Program-made: the position numbers and the translations under genes
Notes under the pieces: generated by a model
Told to the model about the DNA's origin: nothing
Databases searched by the model: none
Seen by the model: the letters and a program-made list of their open reading frames with translations, nothing else
Part shown: positions 49,730-58,874 of the stretch, one piece after another
Numbering within the stretch: position 1 is the first letter of the stretch
Layout of the letters: the number at the start of each line of letters is the position of its first letter
Assembly (NCBI GenBank): GCA_003170475.1
Contig: PMZI01000026.1
Coordinates: 2,114 to 66,113, forward strand
Length of the DNA: 64,000 nucleotides
Direction: 5' to 3'
DNA from: Ignavibacteriota bacterium
GTDB lineage: Bacteria > Bacteroidota > Ignavibacteria > UBA10030

Positions 49730-50415
49730 CATCCAAGCCGGTCATTCTTGTTGTTGACGATGAACCTCAGATGAGGCGCCTCCTTCAGTTGACCCTGGAG
49801 ACAAACGGATTTACTATTCATACCGCGTCAACTGGAAACGAGGGTGTAATGAAGGCGGCATCTGAGAGACCCGAATTGGTCATACTCGATCTTGGCCTGC
49901 CGGACATGGATGGCTCAGAAGTTTTGAAGAAAGTGCGCGAGTGGTCGACGGTCCCTGTGCTGGTGTTGTCGGTCCGGAGTGCAGAGGAGGATATTGTCGG
50001 ATGTCTGGATGCCGGAGCAGATGACTATCTGGTGAAGCCATTTCGGACCGGCGAGTTACTGGCGCGCGTCCGTGCAGCTCTGCGTCACCGGCTAACACTT
50101 GAAGAAAAGATTCTGTTCATTTCTCATGGTCTGTCGGTAGACCTCTCTTCGCGCATTGTCAGGAAGGGGGACGAGATAGTCAAACTCACGGCGACAGAGT
50201 ACGCCTTGCTTGCGTTGTTCGTCAAAAACGCAGGAAGAGTTCTGACGCACCGGTTCATCCTTGAGCAGGTGTGGGGTCCGGCCCAGGCGGAAGAGACACA
50301 ATACACGCGGGTGTACGTGGGGCAACTGCGCAAGAAAATTGAAGACGATCCCTCAGATCCAAAGCTTCTTCTCACCGAGTCAGGGATCGGCTACCGGCTC
50401 ACCGTTGATGAGTAG
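49726..50415 (+). CDS. kdpE: response regulator KdpE (OmpR family)
   Basis: REC 'LDLGLPD', 'GRVLTH..IL..VWG', 'LRKKIE.DP..P..L.TE.G.GYR'; overlaps kdpD. Confidence 0.95.
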   Translation: MTSKPVILVVDDEPQMRRLLQLTLETNGFTIHTASTGNEGVMKAASERPELVILDLGLPDMDGSEVLKKVREWSTVPVLVLSVRSAEEDIVGCLDAGADDYLVKPFRTGELLARVRAALRHRLTLEEKILFISHGLSVDLSSRIVRKGDEIVKLTATEYALLALFVKNAGRVLTHRFILEQVWGPAQAEETQYTRVYVGQLRKKIEDDPSDPKLLLTESGIGYRLTVDE

Positions 50416-50761
50416 GAACAGGGTTCAATCTTCTAATCACCGTAATTGAGTCGGATTCGACGTTCTTCAGCTCCACTCTCACAGACTGAACTGATTCCAG
50501 TAGGAAGTCTGTGCATTTCGGAGTATATTGTATGTGCCGCCAACGGCGGCCACCGCGTCCGTGCAATATGCATCGGGGGCGGATCACGAGACTCGCTCTC
50601 TGATGTCAAGCAGCTAAGGTATTGTTGGGAAGAACCAATCGGGTCGCACCTTGTGCCACCACCGGTTCAGCAGCGTCAGACACTTTGCATCCTACCATCT
50701 CCAGCCCTGTCCATCCACCGCAGCGCGTTTCACCTTCATCATCAATCGTTAGGATTTATTC

Positions 50762-52198
50762 ATGCCATTTTCAAAACTCGGTCTTTCAGACCAGCTCGTT
50801 CAAGGTATCCTTGCCACGGGCTACACGGCACCAACTGCCATTCAAACACGCGCCATTCCTCTTGCTGTAGCAGGAAGAGATATCATCGGCTGTGCCCAGA
50901 CAGGCACAGGGAAAACCGCTGCGTTCGTGCTTCCGCTGCTCCATCATTTGACGAAGATCCCGGGACATCCGGGTCACCGGCATCCGCGGGCACTCGTCCT
51001 CACTCCGACGAGAGAGCTTGCTCAACAGGGCGAGGATTTCGTCACGACGTACGGTCGCTTCACGACTTTGCAAAGCCTCGCGATCTATGGCGGCGTCAAT
51101 ATGGAGAACCAGATCAAGCGCTTGCGACGGGGTGTCGATATTGTTATTGCCACACCAGGACGCCTTCTGGATCATATCAATCGCAAGACCATCGATCTGT
51201 CCCGCGTTGAAGTGCTCGTTCTCGACGAGGCCGACCGGATGTTCGATATGGGATTTATCAATGATGTGCGAACTATCATTGGACGCATCCCAGCAAAACG
51301 CCAGACGCTTCTTTTCTCAGCGACGATGTCCAAAGAGATCAAAGCCCTTGTTGCTTCCATTCAGCACAATCCCGAGCTCATCGAGATCGGAGAGCAACAG
51401 CGTCCGGTGGAAGCGATCCGCCAGAATTTCTATTCTGTTGAGCAGGACACAAAGTTGAGTTTGCTGCTCCACATTCTGCAATCGCAGACTCTTGACAGTG
51501 TGCTCGTCTTCTCCCGTACCAAGCATGGAGCGGACAAGATCTCTCGCCGCCTCGAGAAGAGCGGTGTGAAATCGATTGCGATCCACGCCAACCGCACACA
51601 GGCGCAGAGACAGCGTGCGCTCGCAGGATTCAAACAGCGTCAATACAATGTTCTCGTCGCAACGGACATCGCAGCTCGTGGGATTGATGTTGAGGGAATT
51701 TCTCATGTTATCAATTTCGACACGCCTGCGTTCGCGGAGGACTACGTTCACCGTATCGGGCGAACAGGTCGAGCAAGCTTAAGCGGAGATGCTATTACGT
51801 TTGTATCAAATCAGGAACGCAAGTACCTGAAGAGTATCGAGTATTTTGTCGGTAAGAAGTATGAGCTGAAGCGATATCCGGGTTTTGACCATACGAAAAA
51901 GGAAGTTCCCGTTGCCGAGGCAAAAGAGGCGCACTCGCAAAAGAGAGAGCATCGAGAGCATCCCCGTGGTGAACGTGCCGGACAATCCCGTCAACCTCAA
52001 AGAAGGAATGACCGGAAGGAGAGCACGAGAAACCAACCCCCACGTCAAGGGCATAGGCAAAGCGATTCGAAAAAGACGGTAGCATCGCCTTCCGCGAATG
52101 CAGTCAAAGAAACTGACTGGCGCAAACTGATGGAAGAAGGAAAAGGGGAACGAGATGGATTCAGGAAGAAACTGAAGCGTTTGTTTAAGCGTACCTGA
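50762..52198 (+). CDS. DEAD-box RNA helicase (RhlE-like)
   Basis: AQTGTGKT, PTRELA, TPGRLLD, DEAD, SAT, ARGID, HRIGRTGR; basic C-terminal tail. Confidence 0.95.
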   Translation: MPFSKLGLSDQLVQGILATGYTAPTAIQTRAIPLAVAGRDIIGCAQTGTGKTAAFVLPLLHHLTKIPGHPGHRHPRALVLTPTRELAQQGEDFVTTYGRFTTLQSLAIYGGVNMENQIKRLRRGVDIVIATPGRLLDHINRKTIDLSRVEVLVLDEADRMFDMGFINDVRTIIGRIPAKRQTLLFSATMSKEIKALVASIQHNPELIEIGEQQRPVEAIRQNFYSVEQDTKLSLLLHILQSQTLDSVLVFSRTKHGADKISRRLEKSGVKSIAIHANRTQAQRQRALAGFKQRQYNVLVATDIAARGIDVEGISHVINFDTPAFAEDYVHRIGRTGRASLSGDAITFVSNQERKYLKSIEYFVGKKYELKRYPGFDHTKKEVPVAEAKEAHSQKREHREHPRGERAGQSRQPQRRNDRKESTRNQPPRQGHRQSDSKKTVASPSANAVKETDWRKLMEEGKGERDGFRKKLKRLFKRT

Positions 52199-52231
52199 GG
52201 TTTCCCGACATCCTTGCACCAGTAACGAAAC

Positions 52232-52265
52232 AAAGGGCGTTCACATGAACGCCCTTTTTGTTTTT
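52232..52265. terminator. bidirectional intrinsic terminator
   Basis: AAAGGGCGTTCA-CA-TGAACGCCCTTT plus T-run, between convergent genes. Confidence 0.85.
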
Positions 52266-52284
52266 CCAAAGATCGCTCACGGCC

Positions 52285-53139
52285 TCATCGAGCCTTTTCA
52301 GCGAGTTGGACTTGACTCCATATGTTGAAGTTCACGGTAGCAGCCGTGGCTCCGGGTGGTCTCTGTCCACCGCGCCCCATCCCGCCACTTCGTCCGCCGC
52401 TTCGACCACCGCCGGCACCAGGCGGCCCGCCGCCGGTCCCTTCTCCGCGGCCTTCGCCGCCCCGCTCACCCTCCGCCATCTTCGGAGCAGTATTTGATTC
52501 TATTCCGATGCCGACCTTTGCTCCTGCGTGCGTTTCTACCGCGTAAGGGTGTTGCGAAGAATACTGAAGAGGGATCTTCAATTTGTAAAGAAATCGCTCC
52601 GGAGTCGCAGTCATGTGCATCTCCACCCCCTGTCCCTGAAGTCTGGAGACGCGTTGTCGATCATTCTCGCCGGGGCCGAGGTACTCAAACTCGTTGAGCG
52701 ACTGTCGTTCCATTTCCTCGAATCTGTTTCCCCTCTGTTCAGGATCTTGGTCCGGTTGCTGCAGACCCATCTCAGATCGTCCCATGCCCATCCCGCCGAT
52801 AGGGAATCGTATTCCGATGGTTTTCTTGCTGCCGCCGTTCGGATCGAACCAAATGGTCATTCCCCGAAACGTAATCTGGCGTCCAAGATTTGCCTTCGAA
52901 GAAAGGAGACACACATAAAGATATTCACCGTCGTTCGCGATGCCATATCGAACGCCTTCCTTCTCAACGAAAACCGTCGAGTCCGTCCAATCTCCGAGAT
53001 TCGCATCCATGAGTACCGGATGCTCACTCCATCGGCTGGCAAGTTGTTGTGTTGAACTGCATCCGTTGATCGATGAGATCACCAGGACAAAGAGGAACAC
53101 GATGATTGAAAAGTTCAGAGATTGCTTCGTAGCTGGCAT
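52285..53139 (-). CDS. hypothetical lipoprotein with Gly-rich C-terminal segment
   Basis: Hydrophobic leader ending INGC; low-complexity G/R/P tail; start probably ATG 53139. Confidence 0.65.
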   Translation of the reverse strand: MPATKQSLNFSIIVFLFVLVISSINGCSSTQQLASRWSEHPVLMDANLGDWTDSTVFVEKEGVRYGIANDGEYLYVCLLSSKANLGRQITFRGMTIWFDPNGGSKKTIGIRFPIGGMGMGRSEMGLQQPDQDPEQRGNRFEEMERQSLNEFEYLGPGENDRQRVSRLQGQGVEMHMTATPERFLYKLKIPLQYSSQHPYAVETHAGAKVGIGIESNTAPKMAEGERGGEGRGEGTGGGPPGAGGGRSGGRSGGMGRGGQRPPGATAATVNFNIWSQVQLAEKAR

Positions 53140-53466
53140 TCTTTGCGCTCCCTTCGGTCGATGATTCGAATCCTGATCGTTTATATTAGACAGCTCCGAC
53201 ATCAGTTTCTTGCACTTGAGAGGCTCTATTGAATGATGAAGCGCAACAACCCCTCAAACGTTATGGAAAATACGAGCGATTCGCTTCGTACGCTAGTGTT
53301 TTCCGGGAAACTTCTGAGTTCCCAATACCCTCGCCAATCCTCGAAGTCGTCCGTTAATTTCTATTCATAGAACCTTTTTCATTTCAACCACGTTTGTACT
53401 TCGTGCGTCTAATGACATGAATTGTCTTCCGGTTTGTGATGAAGTCAGAAAGGGCGGGCGAAGACC

Positions 53467-54603
53467 ATGAAGAACATCATGAGTTTCTCCAGGAATCACA
53501 ACCTGGCAATAATTTGCTTCTCCTCATCATTCGGTGGGCTTGAACTCACAGCCATCCAACTTGCGGTCGAGTTCAAGAAGAGAGATGCAGAATGTACCTT
53601 GATTGTTCCTGCTTCCACTCCTCTCGCGAGTCAGGCGGAAAAGCACGGCCTTCGTGTAGAATTCCTCAAACCAAAAATGAAATACGGCGATTTCCTGACA
53701 TCGATACGGCTCGCCCGACTCATGAAAGCTCGCGGGATCGATATCGCTATGGTCATGCAATCCAAGGACATTAACGTCGTTGTTGCTTCAAAGCTGTTTC
53801 ACCCCTGGACAAAACTCGTCTTCTACCAACAGATGCAATCCCAGATCAGCAAACGAGATGTTCTTCACACATGGATGTATTCCAAGCTATCGCTCTGGAT
53901 TTCCCTGACGAATCGCATGAAGCAGGAGGTTCTGGAAAACACGAAGATGCCTGAGCAACTCATACGTGTGGTTCCCTTGGGAAGAGACACGAGAGTGTTC
54001 AATCCGCGTCTGTACAGCCAACGGCGGGCCCGAAAGGGGTACAAGCTCTCTGCAAGCCAACCACTTGTTGGTGTGTTGGGTCGGTTGGATCCACAGAAGG
54101 GCCAGGAGGAATTCCTGCGATCCCTGCCCTCAGTGCTCGAACGCCGACCGGATGTCTGCTACGTGATTGCCGGAGACGAAACGCAGGGAGAAGAAGGATA
54201 TCGGGCGTATCTCGTCGACTTGGCGAGAGAACTCGGCGTCAGCGACCACGTCAGGTTTCTGCCGTTCACAGAAAATGTGGCAGAATTTCTTGCGGCCATC
54301 GATGTCTTTGTCCTCCCCTCATACAGTGAGACATTTGGCTTGGTCCTCATTGAAGCGATGGCGATGCAGAAGCCGGTCGTGGCCACGAGTGCCGGCGGTG
54401 TTCCAGAGATCGTAGAAAACGGATGGGACGGAATCCTCGTTCCGCCACGCGATGAAAAGGCACTTGCGACGGCAATTACTCTTTTGTTGAAGAACACGAC
54501 CCTGAGAGTCTCTCTGTCCCGGCATGCGCGCGAAGGAGCGCAGAAACGATTTGATGCGTCCCGATGTGTGGATCAACTCGTGCTCTCGCTGGATTCCCTC
54601 TGA
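53467..54603 (+). CDS. glycosyltransferase family 4 (GT-B)
   Basis: 'GGLE', 'GRLDPQKG', 'PSYSETFGLVLIEAMA..KPVVAT..GG.PEI'. Confidence 0.92.
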   Translation: MKNIMSFSRNHNLAIICFSSSFGGLELTAIQLAVEFKKRDAECTLIVPASTPLASQAEKHGLRVEFLKPKMKYGDFLTSIRLARLMKARGIDIAMVMQSKDINVVVASKLFHPWTKLVFYQQMQSQISKRDVLHTWMYSKLSLWISLTNRMKQEVLENTKMPEQLIRVVPLGRDTRVFNPRLYSQRRARKGYKLSASQPLVGVLGRLDPQKGQEEFLRSLPSVLERRPDVCYVIAGDETQGEEGYRAYLVDLARELGVSDHVRFLPFTENVAEFLAAIDVFVLPSYSETFGLVLIEAMAMQKPVVATSAGGVPEIVENGWDGILVPPRDEKALATAITLLLKNTTLRVSLSRHAREGAQKRFDASRCVDQLVLSLDSL

Positions 54604-54779
54604 ATTCGGATGCACACGCCCGCTGAATCCTGAAGGCGGTGCGACAATTCATCGTAACGGAACAAATCCATTCTCAGGATTGAACAACCCTTGAAGGATC
54701 AGTCTCCTCTCGAGGGTTTTGTGTTTCTGCGGTGACGCTCCCCTCGTGCGGTTTTCTTCCCTTCTCCCGCCTCTTTTTG

Positions 54780-54808
54780 TTGCCTTTCAACCTCTTCTGC
54801 CGTAGCTT
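54780..54808 (+). promoter_or_regulatory. putative promoter TTGCCTTTCAA-N11-GTAGCTT
   Basis: Flanks identical to the motif at 57724; about 63 nt upstream of the lyase ATG. Confidence 0.6.
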
Positions 54809-54871
54809 TGAGATGCAAAAAAAACACTCTCCAGCACCTAGCACGAAATAGCAGAAACGAAGGGATATTGT

Positions 54872-56395
54872 ATGGCGATTGTCCTCCAGGGATCGGGTCT
54901 TACCATTGAACTGCTCGTCAGAATAGCTCGATTCGGTGAAACTGTCGAGCTTCATCTGGACGCACTCGAAAGAATCAAGACGTGCCGTGCGATGCTCGAA
55001 CGGAAGCTCGAGGCTCGCGAAATTATGTATGGAACGAACACCGGCATTGGAGAGTTTTCCGAGATCGTCCTCAATGATGATCAGGTGAAGCAGTTTCAGA
55101 GATTTCTGATCTACAATCATGCCGCTGGGATTGGTGATCCCGCACCCATTGAATATGTGCGCGGGGCAATGGCAAGCAGGATCAACGTGCACGCCCGGGG
55201 GAGATCCGGATGCCGACCTGAGATAACGCAAACGCTGGTGGCAATGCTGAACAAGGGGGTGACCCCCGTTGTGTGCCAGAAAGGTTCAGTGGGCGCCTGT
55301 GGAGACCTGGCGCCAATGTCTCAGATTGCCCTGCTGATGATGGGTGAGGGAGAGGCATATTATCGAGGCGAACGTCTGCCGGGCAACGTGGCTCTTGAAA
55401 GAGCCGGCATACCCGTCCCTGGTCTGCTTGCCCGTGACGGTCTGGCCACGATCAACGGGTCGAATCTGCTCACTGCGATGAGTGCAATCCATTTGTATGA
55501 CATGAACCGGTGGCTGAAGCAGGCAGAGATCGCCTGTTCGATGTCGTTGGAAGCCTTGTTTGCGAATTTGAAACCATACGACACAAGGCTTCATGAACTT
55601 CGGGGATTCCCGGGTGCCATCCGTAGTGCCAATGCAATCATGAAGTGTATTGAGGGGAGCGATCTGCTGTCGGGGAAAATAAAAACGAAGGTGCAAGATG
55701 CCTACTCCATGCGTTCGTCCCCACAGGTGATCGGAGCGGCTCACGACGCACTTGCGCATGCCCGGCGTCAGGTTGAGATTGAGCTCAATGCCGTTGCGGA
55801 CAATCCGATCTTTTTACCGGAACAGAATCTGACGTTGACGGGTGCGAATTTTCAAGGAAGTCCGATCTCTCTTCCGATGGATATGGCCGGCACGGCAGTC
55901 ACGATGGTCAGTGTGCTTTCCGAGCGTCGATTGAACAGACTTCTCAATCCTGCGTTGAGCGTAGGATTGCCTGCGTTCCTCACGAAAGGCGCCGGGATGT
56001 TCTCAGGCTATATGTTAAGCCAGTACACGGCCGATACCCTTATCGTGGAGCAACGCATACTTTGTGCGCCCGCTTCCGTAGCATCAATTCCTGCGGCGGC
56101 AGATCAGGAAGATTTTGTTTCCATGGGGATGAACACAGCGATCAAGAACGGTCAGATACTCGATAATGCTTTTGGAATACTCGGCATCGAGTTCATTGCT
56201 GCGTCGCAGGCGCTCGACTTCCGTGAGTTCACGCCCGGTGTGGGTGTGCGCAAAGCCCGGGAAGTGGTACGCAGACACGTCGCACATCTGGGGGAGGATC
56301 GTCCGCTGTACCCGGATCACACAAAAATGAAAGAGGTCGTGAAGTCGTGCGAGATACTCGAGGAAGTTGAGAAGGAGGTCGGACCTCTGGAGTAG
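54872..56395 (+). CDS. aromatic amino acid ammonia-lyase (HAL family) with Ala-Cys-Gly MIO triad
   Basis: Y53 in 'YGTNTG', H83, 'GSVGACGDLAP', 'QDAYSMR', 'DNP', 'QEDFVSMG'. Confidence 0.88.
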   Translation: MAIVLQGSGLTIELLVRIARFGETVELHLDALERIKTCRAMLERKLEAREIMYGTNTGIGEFSEIVLNDDQVKQFQRFLIYNHAAGIGDPAPIEYVRGAMASRINVHARGRSGCRPEITQTLVAMLNKGVTPVVCQKGSVGACGDLAPMSQIALLMMGEGEAYYRGERLPGNVALERAGIPVPGLLARDGLATINGSNLLTAMSAIHLYDMNRWLKQAEIACSMSLEALFANLKPYDTRLHELRGFPGAIRSANAIMKCIEGSDLLSGKIKTKVQDAYSMRSSPQVIGAAHDALAHARRQVEIELNAVADNPIFLPEQNLTLTGANFQGSPISLPMDMAGTAVTMVSVLSERRLNRLLNPALSVGLPAFLTKGAGMFSGYMLSQYTADTLIVEQRILCAPASVASIPAAADQEDFVSMGMNTAIKNGQILDNAFGILGIEFIAASQALDFREFTPGVGVRKAREVVRRHVAHLGEDRPLYPDHTKMKEVVKSCEILEEVEKEVGPLE

Positions 56396-56424
56396 TTTCA
56401 ACATCAGTGCCCTTCGGTGAAAAC

Positions 56425-57648
56425 ATGACGTCACGAGAAAGAGTACTCACTGCATTAAATCATCGCGAGCCCGACCGTGTGCCGATTGATTGCTCCGGTC
56501 ATCGTTCTTCCGGGATCTCTGCCCTCCTCTATCCGAAACTGCGGCAATATCTGGGATTGCCTTCCCGGACTACCCGTGTCTATGATATCATTCAGCAGAT
56601 GGCCGTCCTCGATGACGACGTCTTGAATTACTTTGGCATAGACACCATTGAGTTGGGGCGCGGCTTTGCGATGCGAGATGAAGATTGGGCTCCCTGGGTT
56701 CTTCCGGATGGCACTCCCTGCGAAGTGCCTGCGTGGTCAGTCCCGGAGCGGGAACCGAAACGCTGGGTGATTCGATCCAACACGGGACGAGTCATCGCCC
56801 AAATGCCCGATGGTGCCCTCTATTTTGAGCAGACCTACTACCCGTTTTTCGAGAAAGCCAGTCTAGAGGAGATTCCGCAAGCTCAGGCCGAAAGCATGTG
56901 GACAGCAATCGCCTCACCACCGGGACCGCTGGTCCAGGGTCCTGGAGGAGATGATGTTTATCGTGAAGGCGCGAAGCGACTTCGCGAAAAGACAACGCGG
57001 GCAATTCTCGGCTTGTTTGGCGGGAATCTTCTGGAGATGGGGCAGTTCTTGTACCGAAATGACGGTTTTCTTCTCCTGCTGGCCGAAGACCCCGATCAAG
57101 CTCATGCATTTCTCGATCGCATTGTGGAAGCTCATCTGAAGAACCTTGAGCACTTCCTTAGTGTCGCAGGTCAGTTCATCGACGTTATTGTGTTTGGTGA
57201 TGATCTTGGCATGCAGAGCGGCCCGCAAATTTCGCCGGCAATGTATCGCGAGTTCTTCAAGCCACGCCATAAACTCATGTGGAATCGGGCGAAGAAGCTG
57301 GCAAATGTTAAGGTAATGCTCCACTGTTGCGGTGGGGTGAAGGAACTGCTTCCGGATCTCATAGACGCCGGGTTGGATGCCATCAATCCCGTCCAGATTA
57401 GCTGCAGCGGCATGGATGTCGCCGGCTTGAAAAGGGAATTTGGAAACGAGATGGTTTTCTGGGGCGGCGGATGTGATACGCAGCGAATACTTCCCCAGGG
57501 TACTCCGGAGGAAATACAGCGCCACGTGCGTCATCAGGTCGATATCCTCAAACGGGGCGGCGGGTTTGTATTTCAGCAGGTTCACAATGTTCTCGCCGAT
57601 GCTCCGCCCGAAAACGTCATCGCGATGTTCGAGGCAGTAAATTCATAA
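56425..57648 (+). CDS. uroporphyrinogen decarboxylase/MtaA-CmuA methyltransferase superfamily protein
   Basis: 'MTSRERV..AL.H.EPDRVP', 'GDDLG.Q', 'HCCG', 'NPVQ', 'FWGGGCDTQ', 'VHN'. Confidence 0.85.
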   Translation: MTSRERVLTALNHREPDRVPIDCSGHRSSGISALLYPKLRQYLGLPSRTTRVYDIIQQMAVLDDDVLNYFGIDTIELGRGFAMRDEDWAPWVLPDGTPCEVPAWSVPEREPKRWVIRSNTGRVIAQMPDGALYFEQTYYPFFEKASLEEIPQAQAESMWTAIASPPGPLVQGPGGDDVYREGAKRLREKTTRAILGLFGGNLLEMGQFLYRNDGFLLLLAEDPDQAHAFLDRIVEAHLKNLEHFLSVAGQFIDVIVFGDDLGMQSGPQISPAMYREFFKPRHKLMWNRAKKLANVKVMLHCCGGVKELLPDLIDAGLDAINPVQISCSGMDVAGLKREFGNEMVFWGGGCDTQRILPQGTPEEIQRHVRHQVDILKRGGGFVFQQVHNVLADAPPENVIAMFEAVNS

Positions 57649-57723
57649 ACAAGGTCACCTTCTTCGAAGTCTGATCAGTGTCGAGGGTAGTCTTGAACCA
57701 AACTGGAACAAACTCCGGTTCTC

Positions 57724-57752
57724 TTGCCTTTCAATCGAATCTCCTGTAGCTT
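57724..57752 (+). promoter_or_regulatory. putative promoter TTGCCTTTCAA-N11-GTAGCTT
   Basis: Same motif as at 54780; about 93 nt upstream of the thymidylate synthase-like ATG. Confidence 0.6.
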
Positions 57753-57845
57753 CGTCATATCTCTCACCACGTCGCTTGTCAGAGCACCGTTGCTGTCTCT
57801 CGTTGCTTTCAGAGTCTGAGTTACCTACAAAGAAGGATCACACCT

Positions 57846-58736
57846 ATGCAACGCAACATCCCTGTCCTCACCGTCTGCGAAAAAACCCTGGCCCAGGCTT
57901 ACGAAAAAGCGCTAGTGCAGCTCTACTTGAATGGAGTCCGTTTCAAAACGCAATATGATAAACCGGACGATCCGTTGAGCCTCGACTCGACCATGGATAT
58001 TACCGTCCTCGAGCCTCTTGCTGATCCGATGATTCACAAAGCATTTCCGGGTGGGATTGACGATTTGAAGGAATACACGATGGAGCTCATGGGAGCCAAA
58101 GATCATTGGGTGAAGAATATAAACGATCCCAAGGATACGCGATGGGAGTACACCTATCACGGTCGGATTGCGGCGTACGGGGCGTGGAAGGAACTCGTCG
58201 GCGGGACGTCTCAGCAGGCCGGATTTTTCTGCATCAATCAAATTGACGCTGTCATCGAGAAACTCGCGAAGCAGCCATTCACACGTCAGGCGCAAATGAT
58301 CACCTGGATGCCGAATATCGACATCTCATGCTACGATCCTCCGTGTTTGCAATCGCTCTGGTACAGAGTGCTGGAAGACGAGGAGGGCACTTGGTGGCTT
58401 AACTGCAACGTCAGATTCCGGAGCAATGATGCATGGGGGGCAAACTTCATGAACATGTTTGGCTTCATCCAGTTCAATAAGGAAATTATTGCGGCTGGCC
58501 TGTCCTCAAAAACCGGAAAGAAGGTTGACCTTGCGAGGTTGAACTGGCATGCCGACTCCTACCACATTTACGGGAAAGATATCGAGAGCGCTCGGAAAAT
58601 GTTGTTCGATAGGATCGACACCATGAGCTTTGATGAGCGCGTGTACAATTTCCAGGATGAATTCATCCAGGAGATGTACAACGGTGCGGAGGCGACGATC
58701 AAGCAGAAGATCAAAGAGTACGACGCCAGCCATTGA
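57846..58736 (+). CDS. thymidylate synthase-like protein (archaeal-type ThyA fold)
   Basis: 'YTYHGRI', 'TRQA', catalytic 'PPCL', 'FRSNDA.GA..MN', 'SYHIY'; AAGGA RBS. Confidence 0.8.
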   Translation: MQRNIPVLTVCEKTLAQAYEKALVQLYLNGVRFKTQYDKPDDPLSLDSTMDITVLEPLADPMIHKAFPGGIDDLKEYTMELMGAKDHWVKNINDPKDTRWEYTYHGRIAAYGAWKELVGGTSQQAGFFCINQIDAVIEKLAKQPFTRQAQMITWMPNIDISCYDPPCLQSLWYRVLEDEEGTWWLNCNVRFRSNDAWGANFMNMFGFIQFNKEIIAAGLSSKTGKKVDLARLNWHADSYHIYGKDIESARKMLFDRIDTMSFDERVYNFQDEFIQEMYNGAEATIKQKIKEYDASH

Positions 58737-58751
58737 TCCGGATCTTCTCTC

Positions 58752-58804
58752 GACGCAGAGCGTGGGAATGAGACAAACGTCATCCTGAACGACGTGAAGG
58801 ATCC
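58752..58804. repeat. degenerate REP-like remnants
   Basis: GACGCAGAGCGTGGGAATGAG and GTCATCCTGAACGACGTGAAGGATCC resemble half-units of bacterial extragenic palindrome families. Confidence 0.4.
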
Positions 58805-58874
58805 GAATGGTGGTTTTACTGATACGCAGCATCGTGGGGAAGGCGACAGATTTCTCTTCAGGATTGAAACATCA

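Noticed and set aside
50446..51210. 254-aa ORF overlapping the helicase 5' region
   Set aside because: Out-of-frame overlap with a conserved gene, with unnatural composition.
52330..52480. GC-rich CCG-type repeats
   Set aside because: Explained by the Gly/Arg/Pro low-complexity tail of the minus-strand lipoprotein.
54872..56395. Assigning the symbol hutH
   Set aside because: The non-canonical MIO triad, changed specificity motifs and absence of other hut genes nearby leave the substrate uncertain.
56425..57648. Assigning hemE
   Set aside because: Lacks the HemE 'RQAGR' N-terminal motif; it matches the broader URO-D/methyltransferase-like group instead.
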